Shown here: positions 12,401-27,100 of the stretch, in pieces
Numbering within the stretch: position 1 is the first letter of the stretch
Layout of the letters: each line of letters opens with the position of its first letter
Assembly: GCA_965655095.1 (NCBI GenBank)
Contig: OZ296649.1
Span: 95,356,001-95,420,000, forward strand
Source: Haplodiscus bocki
Taxonomy: Eukaryota
DNA: 64,000 nucleotides
Direction: 5' to 3'
The notes under the pieces: generated by a model
Told to the model about the DNA's origin: nothing
Database searches by the model: none
Seen by the model: the letters and a program-made list of their open reading frames with translations, nothing else
Program-made: the position numbers and the translations under genes

Positions 12401-15400
12401 ACAACCAAAGTCCACTAGCATAGTAGAATCAACAGATTATGCTAGCGTTAGTCAACAAGCGATTCCCGGCTTGTAGGTGTAAATTTTAGTAACTCCTATC
12501 TTTAGATCAACAAACGGATGGGTGTTATATAAAACAAGCCATCGATCCGAGTTGACGTTTCGTTTCTAAAATTGCTTGATTTCGAAAATGGTAAAATATC
12601 TGACCGTTTCGCTTTCGGATGTAGTTGAAGCGTAAAAGCTAAATCAGACGGCGAAAGTCCACAAAATCCCAAAAAAACGCAGAACTGCCCATTTCGGTGA
12701 ACTTCAAGCCGGCAAAAAAACCTGATTTTTGAAAACTGATAAACGAGGCAAAAGAAAAATATTTCCATCAATTTGATGGAACTAAGAGCTATAAATTTGA
12801 TTTAAATGTCCAAAAGACCGGAAATACCGAGGATTCGAGAAATTACTGACTTTCAACAAAATTTGCAGCACCAAAAAACGAATTTTTTACTGATGAGGAA
12901 TTAGAAGTCAACGACATGTTCGCAAAAATTATCAAACTGTATTGAGCCATGGCGAATTTTAGTTAAAAGTCGATTTTGTAGGTGGAAGAACGAACTATCG
13001 ATAGGGAAACCGATGAATCTAGTTCTCATCGCCGACTGTAAAGAACCAAATGTAGCATTCGAGACAAAAGTTTCTCGTGAACATAATAAAAAAACGTTTT
13101 TCTTGCCTAACCTTCAGGGGCGCTTTCCCGAAAATGTTCTTTGCATCAATTTTGATGCACCTCTAGCTCTTCTCTTGTACTTTCAGCCGCCGAAAACCGC
13201 AGTGATGAATCAATTTTGAGCAATTCTACTATTTTTTATACTTCCGCTTCTGCATCGAAGCAGATTTGACAGGAACGTACAAAATCAGTATGATAAACAA
13301 AGTCCGGAAATTCTGGAAAAAATCACGAAAAAGGCTTTTCCGGTTCACAATAAAACAAAACAAACTGCATTTTTCGACGATACGTTCAAAAACGTTGGAA
13401 AATCTTCTGCAAACTCAAGGTTACGAATTAACTAATGCTGGTTATGTAGATAAAGAGATGATCATAATGCAACAGAGCGGAAAACTGTAGAAACTGCGAA
13501 AACTGACTAATTCCGACGCTCGAAAACACCGAATTTTGCAAGGTTTTCGTGCAACAACAAACATTTTCAACAATGAAGGTTGGTATTAATTTAATATATC
13601 TTCGCGGAAGAAGTTTATTTTATGACTGCAATTAGCAAAAACTCGGTCGAAAAGAGCAAAACTGGCAACTTTTGGCTATTTTAAGACCCTCATTGGCAAA
13701 AACACCGTTTTGTACGGTTCAAGAAACGTTTCTTTACGTTTCGATGTTGAAAGTTGCTTTTTATTAGGCACAAAGCTTCAGATCTTACTAATTAGCAGCT
13801 GAGGTTGAAAACATTACGTCAGAAATGTCCGGGACTGAAAAAACTCGTCTGAAAAAGAAATCGGCGTCGTCCCTATAAAACCTTTCGCCTGCAGCATGAG
13901 CAAACCACTAAGGCTCAAGATGGCGCTGTCCAAACGGCTCAAAACATGCGATGCTATGACAAAATTTTCGGGATTCGGTTTTGGGAAAAATTGGACGTTA
14001 GTAATTTTTTACATAATATCCTTGTTCCCACGTTTCGAGTTCTCCTTTTTAGGGCGCCCGGGGGCCTACGACTCCAATACTTTACTGTAATATATTTGGA
14101 TAACTTTGTCAGTTCCAATGGTTTTAAGCGTTAAAAAGTGAAAAAATGGACTCAACTAGTCTCAAATCCGTATCTATGACTTAGGGACATTTTTGTCCAA
14201 TCGTCTAGACCACCGGGCCTTCTGTAGTATTATTTTGAAATGAGTGTAGAAATTTTAAAGCACTTTTAAAGGAGTGAAATATATATTTTAGTCGACGCTT
14301 TGAAAGAACCGACTATTACAGTAACTAGTTTATTTCGTAAGACGCTCTTCTCACTTTGAACCGACCCACCCTTCGGTAAAATTTGTACCTCGAAAATTTG
14401 AAGATCAAAATGCCACCAACGCACTAGTTGATCCGCCAAAAAATTCTGCGCAACCGCACGAGGAAAGTCGGGGGATTATTGAACTCCTCAACTTTTGCCG
14501 GAACATCGAGGGATTAATGATCTTCTCTTTCGTTATAATTAGTTTTCTTCCAGAACAAAAACCGTGGGTTCGTAAGACTAATAGTAGTACCCGTTTCGCC
14601 ATCAAACCTTCGTGAATTAGGTCTGTCACGGAGCGATGTTGTCAGAATATCGAGTGGCGGATAATCGAGGGTTCACGGAACTTCTCTTCTGGTATACTGA
14701 GTTTTCTTCCAAAAACTATGGTTTCGAAAAACAACTATAGTATCTGGTTTTCCCTCGAATATCCCACACTTGAATTGCCCGACGAATTAGGTCTGCCACG
14801 TTGCAAACGTTCGTAGATTATCGAGGATTTACTGGATTTTACCGTTTGAAAATACCGAATTTATGGAAACTTTTCGGAAAAACCATGTAAAAACATTCGT
14901 AGTACCTACCGCAAGCTATCTTTCGATAACTCACAATTCAAATTTTGGGCAATTAGGTCTGCCAACACTCGAAATCTTGGACGTGTTCAGATAACAACAT
15001 GGAGTACTAAAATCTTGGACGTGTTCAGAGATAACAGCATGAAGTACTAAAAAAGTCGCACAGCCAAGAATATTAAATGCGCCAATTTCAAGGAAACTGA
15101 CGGAAAATTTCGAAGAAAACATGATGAGAATTACACCGACAAAGTTCTGGAAAAGATTTGAATCACTTCACATGTACCAAAAAAGCGAATCGAATTTTTG
15201 CACCCATCGAAAGTGAATGAAAACAAACAAAAATTTTCATTCACAAAGCTATATTTGCAGGATGGAATGTAGTTCACACCTAAGGCATCCCAAAGTAAGC
15301 ATAGACAGTCTTCATTTAATTGCTCCGAAAATATTTAGCACATTAGTGGCTTGTTCGTTGTCACTCAAATACATTTTATATTCAAGTCTTAACGTGGCGT

Positions 15401-18400
15401 GTATAGACGCCTGCTGTGAAGCACTTTTTCAAATATGACGAGCCCCAGATACAATTTAGTATTCGCTTCCGACCGCCAGCCGCTAGTTATTGAAACTAAA
15501 AATGACACTACACGAAATTCTCCAAATCAAAACAAGTCTGTGTTTTTGCAACAACTATACGGTGAAAAAGGCCCCTAGCGAGGCACGAATATCGAAGCAT
15601 TTGAAAACGCAAGGGAATTTATGGATGTCAAATCTTTCATTTGAGAAAGGTGGTGTCTTCCGGTATTTTCTAACTTATTTTTCGTGATCTTAGAAATGAT
15701 CCACAAACATGAATTCCACTAAGTCACTTTTAGAAATCGATGAATTTTGATTCGAATCTCTGTGAGCAAATTCGATCAAACCGTTGTGTCAAAATCAGGC
15801 AAAGTCTACAAAAACAATCAGTCAGTATGAGTAAAAACTTAGCTAAAGTTTACACTGAACAAAATTCTCCATTATTTTTAGGGAGGCAAGATTTTCTTAA
15901 ATGAATAATGTCGGCTTCAATACGCACCTTTTCGATAGGCAATTTAAAACACAGAGGAGCGGAACTCCGCAACACGTTCTGACATGTCAGCTGAGATCAC
16001 GTATCCCAAAAGACATTTGCAATAATGATCGAGTATGTGACACTTTCAAAACTACTACACCAGTTGTCAATCAAGAGTTCAATCACAATGTGTAAAAACA
16101 CGGTATCACAAAAAATTTGGTATTTACCTTTTTGAAGTATTTATTTGGCTAATGCAAAGGGAAATCATAAAAAAATTATTGGCGTTTTGGAAAATGGATC
16201 AGTTGTACGAGTCTGTCATGTTACGAGAACCATACAAAGTCGGTTACGAGAACAAATAGTGGCCCTCGTAAGTCGGTGTAACAATCGGCTAGTGTAAAGC
16301 GCCGACTAAAACATTAGATGGGCTCTTACTGTTAGTGATATGACGGTCTCATCAGTTTTGGTAGGCAACACTAACCTGTGCTGCTCAAACTTCCACTGAG
16401 ACACTGTGGCTTCATGACGTGGTATGAGTTGAAGTGGGTTCTCAATTTAGACTGACTCGAAAAAAATAGGCCACATAAATCACATTGCCAATTTGTATAC
16501 CTCGCTCGAGTACGAGGTGCTGATTTTCCTCCGTTCAATCCTCCGAAATTTGGGTTATATTTCGAATAGACTTCACCCAAAGTCCATGCTTCGTCACTTT
16601 GATTGGATTTTGTTTGCGCCCCGTTTGCCCTTACAGCTCCATTTTTCAGGTAACTGAGGGGCTTACCCCTGCTTTTACCCTCGGAACCAACGGGACTGAT
16701 TTCTAATCTTTTAGTAGATAAATTGACAACATCTGATGAGTTGTGAGTATAAACTCTATGGGCCTTAAGTTGAAACGTTGTGGGGTAGCTCTTATTACAA
16801 TCAGGGCAGGCATGCTTGAATTTATTTGGCCATTCGCTTCTATCCGAAACATTGATGCATTCAGAAAACGTCAAATGTGAATTAGCAGCCGTAGATTCAC
16901 CTGCTACACCAGAAAATGGTTCCGGTTGCTTTTGAGACAGCTGAGAAATATTTGGCAAGATTATGATGTCAGTTGCGCTGGTTCTGTTTGGGAAATCAAG
17001 CGAGAATGAATTATGTTCGGATTCACTATTTTCAATGGAATTTTCCATGCCCTGTTCAACTGCAGATGGAACCGAATCATCGACAGCAACATCTGTTGGT
17101 AATGCATTGGCGGTTGAGGTAAGATTTTGCACAGCTGAGATCGATAAATTTCTTTCGAAGCGCGAAATTTCATTTAACTGATATGTGTTGTTATTTGGAA
17201 TATCATTAGCAACTGAAGCATCGACAGATTTTGAGACTTGTAGTATGGGTCCTTGACCAGACAAAACTTGTCTATTATAATCTATGGGTGCAGCTACGGC
17301 ATTCTGGAAGCGTTTCGCAAAGTTGTGTTCATCTGGCACCACCGAAGCCATGGCTGCCCTTTTATTCAAGTCCCCAGCTCCGTTCCAAAAATAGTTCTGA
17401 CCACTTTGTTGATGATGGCTTCCATGCACAGGCAAAAGGACACTAGTTTCGGGAGTGATAACCAAACTGCGAATGTTTTCGGTATCTGAAAGAGCCGTTT
17501 GTATGCCCTCTCCATGAAATATAGCATTCTGTTCTCCTGTCAAAACTGACGCAGATGGAACAAAGAGAGCTGGACCAGCCCAGTTGATGTAGTCATGCTC
17601 TTGAAGAGAAACGTCACTGGTACTACTTTGCGATGAATTGGCCGATGTTAGCGCATTGGCAAGTTCAGTATCTTCATCATAATGGAAGTTTTCTACAGTT
17701 TGAGATGACGAGAGCTGTGGAATGGATTCACAGAAACTTGTGTCAGATACTTTCTTCTTCAACATTTCATCTGCATCAATCAATGTCACTTCCTTGCCGT
17801 AAGATTTGCCTCCGGGTCGAGGAATGATCCTCAAAGAAGAGAAAGCATCTCCAACAGCAATTGCGTCACTTTCAGGTTCTGGGATTGCTGTTTGTAATCG
17901 TGCGTAGTTTGCATCCGTCATCTTGCCATCTCTGACGTCTTTGCCATGCGTTTTGATATGTCTTCTGCACATATACATCAACTTGAAGCTCTTTCCACAG
18001 TAAGGACACATGAAAGGTCTCGTAGAGGTATGCGAAGTAGATTTATGCCATTTCAGATGCCACTTCATTGTGAATGTTTTCGGACAATCATCGCACTTGA
18101 ATTTCCTCTCACTTCTGAAATGCTTCAAAATATGGCATTTCAAGGTCACGTTTGTTTTGAACTTCTTTTGACAGAGGGAGCAATTGAATTGATAAAGATT
18201 TGAAGAAGAATGAGACGAAATATGACGTCGACAATATCCAGAACTCTTGAATTTTTTATTGCACTTAGTGCACGGATATTTAGCTCTGTCTTGTCCAACA
18301 TCCCAGCATTTAAAGCCATGCTCGCTTTTAGACGACACACTTCTAAAAACACCGGCACTCGTAACTAACAGTGGATCTTTCAATGACGGCAAAGAGTTCC

Positions 18401-21115
18401 TTCCACTTTCTGTAATCTGGACTCCCGAGTCCGTCTCGGCAACATTACCCGCAGATCCTTTCCGGTATAAAGTCGTGAACACTTTCTTATCGTGCGTCTT
18501 ACTATGCGCTTTAAGCTGACTTTTCGTCGTGAAGTTTTTCGAGCACAAAGAGCACGTAAAGGCTTTAACTTTACGATGGATTTTCATATGCACCGCCAAT
18601 GATTGAGCAGTGGCAAGGTCCTTGTGGCAAATTTCGCATGTGTTTTTATTCAACATATTTTCTTGCATATCGACATGCTGGTATTTGAGATGTTGAGTCC
18701 GCCCAAACCTCGTAGAAAAACGTTTGTCACATTTGTCACACTGATAGGGTTTTTCATTTGTATGCTTTCGGATATGACGAACTAGAACAATTGAAACCAT
18801 TATTTTTTAATTTGTAATTTTGACCGTTTTCACATAGCAAACATGAGCTTCATGAGGGCACATCAAGTGGAAAAGGAGAGCTAAATTAACACGACCAAAA
18901 TTAATCAGGAATGGTCTTACTTTGAACAAGTGAAAACGTTCGGAGTCACACGTGAAATTTTTCAATAACTTGCCTCATGAAGTCGTTAAGAGGAACCTGA
19001 ACTTTTCAATGAAAGCAGCCACATTCTCGCTAACCTAGATCGCAAGACTTTTTGAATTCCTTCCCACAAAACTGGCAAATGCTCGCTTCAAATTTTCCAT
19101 CTTTGCCAACTTTGCGGAGATGCAGGTCTAAATTTGACAACTTGTCATTTGGTTCGTGTTTTCTAAGCATTCTCGATTTGTCTGTTGATGCTGTCATGAG
19201 AGATGAAGAAGTTTCCGGGCATCCGACTGGCAATTTAGCGTAAGGGCTTTTTCTCGCGACAGGGGTGGGTTCGTCAAATGTAGCAGCAGTATTTGCATAA
19301 GAATCAATTATGTAGAGATTGTCTTCTCCCAGCTGTGCCATTTCTGGAGCAACCGATAGATGCCCCGAACTGAAGGCAGTTGGACCAAAGGCATGTCTTG
19401 CAAATGCTTTAGTACTTTCTGGCACTAAAAAAACATGAAAACAATTCAGAGTTGACGATCTTCAAAATTAAAATTCAACAGCACAACTTTCTATCAGTTT
19501 GGGACCAAATTCATGTCGAGAAAACCCTGTCGTGGAATCAAGGATTGTTAATTATCAGACCAAGCTAGGAGGAACGAAGCTGTTGAAAAAATAGTGACTT
19601 TTAGAAGCTGCAAAAAGATATGCTGTATAATCCAGTTTCTGAATAAAAATTTCAGTTTCCCTTTCAACCACTAAAAATACCGTGACAAGTCAAGAATCAT
19701 CTAAGTCGAAATCTCCTACGCTGAAGTAAGTCATCACCGAGCACCATAAATAATAGCTAAGTTCCGGTTCCTTAGTTGATTAACAACTAAGCCTAATTTA
19801 AATCATGCAGCACAAATAAAGTAAGTACCCAAAAATTTTTGGCGATAAAAAAGATCCAATACAAATCCACCGCTAAAAAGGCGACAAAAAGAAGTTGCGA
19901 AAGTTACCGAACTTGCAAGCCGATCATTCTTCACTTGAACACCATTTGCTGCATGAAAACAAAACACCTTTAATATGTAATGCTACCGAAAAAAAAAACA
20001 GTCGATCAAACCAATTTTTCATTCGATTCATAGATACTTCAAACAGGTCCCCTGTGAAACATCTACTGTCAACTGGATATAATATTTAAATTCCAGAAGA
20101 ATACTGCTGACGATATGTTCACGGAGAGACAGAACCCAGTAAGGTTGTTGCCGCAATGAAAGAATCGCAGCTATATGCAGCTAGTAGATGTATCTGACAA
20201 CTTACATAATCAGTTATCAAGGCGCTTCTTGATAGGTGGTTTTCGGTAACCTTATCACCAGAACACGTGATTTGATCGCCTTCTCAGAAAACTACAACAA
20301 CAACAACTATATTATGGCTCTGATTCACACGAATTAGTTCCAAGTACGTCAACTACGAGGTTAGATGTTTATAGCCGTATCTACAGTTGTGATTTTAATT
20401 ATTGCGACAACTTTAAGGCATACGTCAACTTTAAGCACAAATAACTTCGGGAATAATCATTTTGAGCAAAAGCACCAGAAACAAGATAATCTTAAAATTT
20501 TTAGGAGATTATAATGGTGTTTGTTTGAAAAGTTTCCAACGAATAGAGCGAAAACTAGAAAATGCGAATTCTTTTGAGAATTTCGTAGCTTTAAAAAAAT
20601 TGGAATTTTATTTCATCAATCGACACCCCTGATGTTTCTCTGGCAGCTGTTATTATCTGTCAGCCGAAAAGTTTTCAAAAACTATTCCAAAATTCATCTT
20701 GAATGTACTGAATTTGAAAATCAATGTATTAAAATAGGATGTTAGAATTATACTTTTACTTTTTGAAATTTCTTCCGAAAATTCAAAGTTGTGAAAAAAG
20801 TGTGAAAGGTAGAAGCTCTGTGGAATAAACAAAACTAACAAATTATGTAATTTGTTTCTTGCTATTTTACGTCAGTGTCAAGATTTTTCACGAAAACTGG
20901 CAAAATTAGGCAATATTCGCAATGCTTGCATAGTTTATTTACTCAACTTTAAGAAGCGATTTTCTACATCTTTGAAGTACTTGTTTTGGCAAATGAAATA
21001 ATAATGTGGTAGCCCTTTTAATGAGCTTTCTCAGCGTACCTTTGTTTACTCTGATCTCCTATTATTCATTTCTCCACTTAGGATTTTGTAAAGCGTATCA
21101 AAATTGCTGTCGCAA

Positions 21116-21146
<31 letters not shown>

Positions 21147-24100
21147 AATACACTACTGTACAGCTGTATATGAAACACGCACGACTTTCTGCTTTTATAA
21201 ATATGAAAAACTGTCTTGCCATGAAATTTTTGCTCTTTAGAGCTTCAATTGAGATTTTTTGGGAGCTTTTGATGCACAACCGAAAAATACTTTTTTTCAT
21301 AACTCATCGAACATTTGGCAGCAATATGTACAAACGTGTTTTGGTATTGTATTAGTCCAGACTAGTGGTTAGAAAGTTGTTTTGTATCTACTAAGAGAAG
21401 AACCAAGAACGCCCTTGTCTGCTGAGAAAGTTTCTTTTCTGTTATGATCAAACTCTCGTTAAAAAAAACTTCGAGCCAGAAAATTTTGACTACAAAAGTC
21501 AGCGGACAAAAAATGAAAAATTGCAAAAGGATTTTAACTTATTGTTATCCAAGGATGTTTTGTCTCCGTCGCTACACTCGCATACACAGCCAATTTTTGC
21601 AGAAAACGTTTTGATAGGAGCAAGAATTATTCATTAATATCTTCTACCAGATTTCAATATCGATGAAAAATTATACAATCAACGGGAGCTAGCGTTTAAT
21701 TGCATAACATATGAGTTCGATAAAATCTTGTAACCAAATTATAGCAAACTTTCTATTAATACGAAAATGAAAAGAAAATAGGTTAATGCTGAGCAAAACC
21801 CTTCGTTTTTTCTTTAAAAAAACAATTTTTGAAATAGTACAAAGCACTATGATTGATCAAGAATAATTCCTAAAGACACATTTCGGAAGGAGCGCGATTG
21901 CAATAGGTTTTTTAGCAAAAAAGTTGATTTTTTGAAAAAATGATTTTTTTAAAAAAAAATCCGATAAAGTTGCAAATGCGATATAGAACCCAAAAAAAGC
22001 AAATTTCTCGCTCAACCGCGTTTTTAACAAAATTGAAGGCCAGAAGAGATTCTGGTGTTAGCCGCTTGTCTTGTTAAAATCATTTACTGACCTATTTACG
22101 CACTCTTCAAGCTACACCCCCGCCAAAGTGCTACTCTGTAACGCTATCAGGCAAGCAAGCAAGACAGTGGAGTGCAATTAAAGAGCTGGAAGTTGAGTGG
22201 AATTAGAGTTGTTCACAGATGAAAAAAAGTGCCACCATATTCGTATTCTGAAAACCTGCTGTCGCTAGTGTCAGATACACGCGAAGCTGAGCTTCGGAAA
22301 GTTGACAACATCATAAGAGCTACAATTGAACCTCTTTCTGATCAAGAGCGTTCAAGAAACTCACTTTGGAAAAAATCAATCAGCTTAAAAAATCCAAACT
22401 TCACGTTTAAACTTAAATTTTTCCACATATTGCACAAGACTTTAACAATCAATTGTATCACCTTTTCCGCAAAACTTGACTAAATTCCGAAGTTTTAACT
22501 GAAAATTTTCTCAATACGGTATGAAAAAGGAGATCTTGTGCATCAGAAGAAAGAGTAACTGAAAGGAAAGTGGATGATTGGAATCTGTGCATCAACTCAA
22601 TTGGAAAACTGTGCCTGAAAAAATCCTCAGACAACTCAGAATACACTCCAGCGTTCCCATCTTTTATTTCGACTTTCTAGCCTAACGTCTACATAAAGAA
22701 GACGGCACAGAGAATTTGTAATATTGTATAAGATTTTAAAGACTTCCACCCGTGCAGTAACCCTTCTGAACCATACCGGAAAGTCTAGTACAATGTAAGT
22801 GGAACAACAATCATCGATTAACAGAGGCGAGTTCTTAACGACCAGACAAAAAAAGAAACGTCAATCGTACAAAAGTGGCCTTGCCATCCTAAACAATCCT
22901 CAAAATTTAACATTTTTATTGAAAGGACACTAAAAAGTATTGCGAAGGCGGAACATAAATTTACAGGCAGCAAAATTTTTTTGAACACTTAAAGAAATTT
23001 TTTCAACAGAAAAACGAACTGGATTAATGCATGCATTCGAAAGGACTGCATTATTTTGAACTCACCCGAAACCAGTGAGAAGAAAGATCAACAGATTTTC
23101 TATAACACTTCATCTATCTTCAAAACAGCCTACAATTATATGAAAATAGAGCAGAATGAACAATTTCTGGCTTCTAGAAAAATTGGACAAGCATTCTAGA
23201 AAATTACAATCAAACTTTGGACCACTGCTTTAGGTACACCAATTTACACAAAATAGCCTTTCCAGTAACCCCCAAAACGAACGAATCGGGATAAATGAGA
23301 ATAACAACTTCCAAAATGAATTATATCCACATTATGAAGACTTAAGGCAATGTTGAGAGCATCATTATTGGAAAACAAAAACTTTTGAGATTGTCTTCTA
23401 GAAACAATCTACACAAACGGAAGTTTCGATTAAGCAATAGATAAAAGGGACAATTCAGGACGGAAACCATTGCAAAATGACTATATTCGAGCCTATGCAT
23501 TTAGAAATGTCTACAGTTAGACGAATCTTGAAAAAATGCTTTCAATTCACCCTGAGACACAGCGAAACAGAACTTCGCAACACATTCTGACTTGTCAGTT
23601 GAAATCGACGATATAGATTACGCACCAAAGGTCCAGAGGGACATTTGGAAACATGATCGGAGATGCAATTAGCACTTTCAAAATTACTACACCGATTGTC
23701 AAGAAACGTTTGTTGGAAAAAGTTGAAATTCTGTTACGTTGTCTCATATTCCAACATTCATTCTGTCATTCTGCCTTTTTAAGTGTCACGATTTTCCAGC
23801 GCAATGTTTAGGAGATCTGGACTGTAAACAACGCAGAAATGAAAAAACCATCAACGATGTTTCATATCCAAGACACTGTTGAGTTTAACATGACCTTTTG
23901 GGGCGCTCATTTCTTTTCACTTCAGATGTTCACAAAATTGGCACTTTTTGAAACGCGATAAAGAACTATTGCCTACCAAAAGTATCAAAAAGGTGGTTTT
24001 TGATCATTTTCACAACACCGTTAGACTCTCTGATAACGTCGAAAAATGCAAATTTCGAACATATAAGTAAATTAAGCATATGCCGGTTTCAATACATATG

Positions 24101-27100
24101 CTTCCTTCCAGCCAAAATGTGCAACAAATGGAAATGAGTCGTCAGTTTGTTATAAAACCATTTGTAAAATTGACCAAAGTCGACATATATAATTATAGCA
24201 TTATCCGGACTATAAATTCCGGAAGATAACACAAAATCTCCATTAACTCCAAAAAAGGAAACTACATATAAAACCATCTCAATTAAACGATAGTCGGAAG
24301 GATTTAAGTGGATGGTTTAGGATAAATCTATTACCTAAATCAGCATTATAGACGTTTTTGTCACTCTTATATTACACTGTGCTTCACAACACTTGCGCCA
24401 ACGGAAAACTAGTGAACAAACCGACTAAATTGAAATGCTTTTTAAAGGGGCCACGATATTACGAAGATTACTGATGAAAAGTGTACAGAAAGTCAGTTAA
24501 TTCTTCTAAATTGAAAGACAAGAAAGGTTACGAAATTTCATGCCCTTGATAAATTAAAAATAGATACTGATTCTCAAACGGCAATAGCAGTCAGTAGAGC
24601 GTGCAACTGCGGAGCGAAGGGTCCCAGGTTCCAGCCTAGGCCACTCCCAACTCTTTGGTGAAAATCTAGGAACTTGCGAGACTTGTGAACGGACCGGGAA
24701 AAAATTGAAAGATTGTAATAGATTACTTGCTTGCGCAAAAGTTAACAGTTGAGAGAACAGGTTAAAGATTTATTACACTTAACACAAAATACGATCCGAA
24801 AGCTTTCAAACAAACAGCATTGTAAGCTAGGTGAAACTTGAAATAGACCAAAATACACTTTGTCCAAAACATTTCTCACGAGAGTCCGAATCTTTTGTGA
24901 CTTATTTATATTATTTAAAGCTTATGTTCGAGGATAGGCCGCACCATCCTCTTCGTTCAATATCTACGAAGTTGTCAGTTGTACACAGATCGGGAAAAAA
25001 TAAGCTTGTGTTATAATATTTGCTTACTCAAGTGTAATCAAGGCTGGGCAAAAAATACAGAACGGTAACATCGGCTCCAAATAAACACTCTTCTATAATT
25101 TGAGTTTTCACTTCAGTTGAAAACAAGAAATTTTCAGGAACACGGAATTTAGAAAATTTTGGTAGAAAAACTAGGGGAATAATGGCATTTTAAGTCCTCT
25201 CAATTTTTTTCCGGTAATAAAATTTTTCTTTGTACGAAAATTTAGGAGAAATTCACCTATATCCACACTAAAAATTTCGAAAAATCTATATCCACAGTAT
25301 ATTTGCATTCCCACCAGGCGTAAAATGAAAAAAAATATTTCAGACACTGCTACATGTGAGCTACAAGTTTGGATGTTTACTACTAACACTTCACAACGTC
25401 GGAGAAAAGGTCACGCCATGTCTTTTTAAAATCGAACACCTAAGGTTTCGATGTTAAAAAACTTAGCATATGCACTCTTTCAAACACGGACAATAAGGAT
25501 GTTTGACATTGACCTCTCAGACTTTAGAAAAGTCAAAAGATTTCGAAATAGCCCTTTCATCACGACGACTAGCGAGAAAAAACAAGAAGTGGGCAAATTC
25601 AGTCAAAAAATTGATAGCGTCGAACATTTATAGCGTTGAAATAATCGCAGCGTTACGAAATTTGAACTTTTCTGGCGCTTTGAATAGTTTGTAACTCTTA
25701 GACACTTTGAGATTCAACATTTTTTCGACGCATTGAAGTCACCATTCTAAAAATCCGGAAAAAGAGATGCCAATTAAATTGACAGCCTCAGCAATATATG
25801 AATCAATTACTTGTACCTGAAATCGTAGAGTAATTATCGAGGAATGTCGTCCTCCTTAAATTGGGGAAACCAAAGAGTAAAAATTACGAAGAAGGTAAAG
25901 ACTTGTGCTTCACTCTATCGCTTAGCCTCAGTGAGCGAACCAGTCAGCGCGGCATTAGCGAAGAAAATTAAATAGGTCAGACATTTACAACAAATTCATG
26001 TAAATTTACTGAATAATTCTGAGAAAATTCGAAACAAGAGGCGCAATCGCTGTGATATTATTCTCCAAACCGGTGCAGAAGAGCTTGACTCAACAAAACA
26101 GATGAACTTCACAAAGAGACTCATTTTTTGAAACATAAATGTCGATGGAGTCCTTGATAAACAAATTCATGCGGGTAGATTGGAAAATTATGAATTTGAA
26201 AAGGCACAGAATACCTGTTTTTGCGTTTTTTTTTCAATTTCGGCCATCAAGATTCATAATTATGGATAAAACCAAGGATCGTTCAATCCAAGAGTAACTT
26301 GAAAATTCAAAACCGTCAGGTAATACCCTGATCAAAAAAAATCAAAGCAGTAGTTCTTGAGAACGATGAGATTGAATGCCGATATGTCTTTTAGGAATTA
26401 AGCAGTTTTCAAAATTCCGATTCCTGCCAAGGATTCTGATTTCAAGGTAGGCACGAAAAATCATAACTTTCAAAATCAAAAACTCCTTCTTAAGTATGTT
26501 TCTTTCAATTGAGACCTTGGTGGAAAAATTGAAGCAGTTGGTGATGAAGAAATTGAGTTTCAATATCGAACTTGAACAAGACTAATAGCGCTTTGTGGTC
26601 TATTAGAATTCCACTGCAGGGAACAAAACCAGTAACTTTTCAATTCCATAGGCAAGCACAAGAAAGTGGGGATTGAAACCAAGATGGAAGATTTCCAACA
26701 TAATATCCAAGTGCGAAATTATGTAGAAAAGACTGACAATCGATACATGTCAATATTATCTTCCCGAAATTTTGGGCTATCAAGATTTCGACGCACAGAA
26801 TGGCTAGTTTTTGAAAGAAGACTCTTCTACAGGTAGATAGTTTTCGATTGATACTTTTATAGAAGAATCAAGTTTGTAGGTATGGAAAAACATGAGTTTG
26901 AAAATCGAGATATGACAATACTAATGGTCAATTTTGGCAACTCTGGTCCAACAGGGAAAAGAGGCAAGAAACAAAATCTTGATACGTTCAATACAGATAG
27001 GCGTGCACAAGTTGAAAGCAGTCGTTCGAGTCCCTGAGGTTAAGATATCAAATCTGTAGTTATGCAACTAGCTCTGTTTATAAAAAATAAGTGTTTGAAA

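Noticed and set aside
16961-18785. Short ORFs overlapping exon 5 on the other strand or frames
   Set aside because: Shadow ORFs of a GC-richer coding exon with no independent evidence.
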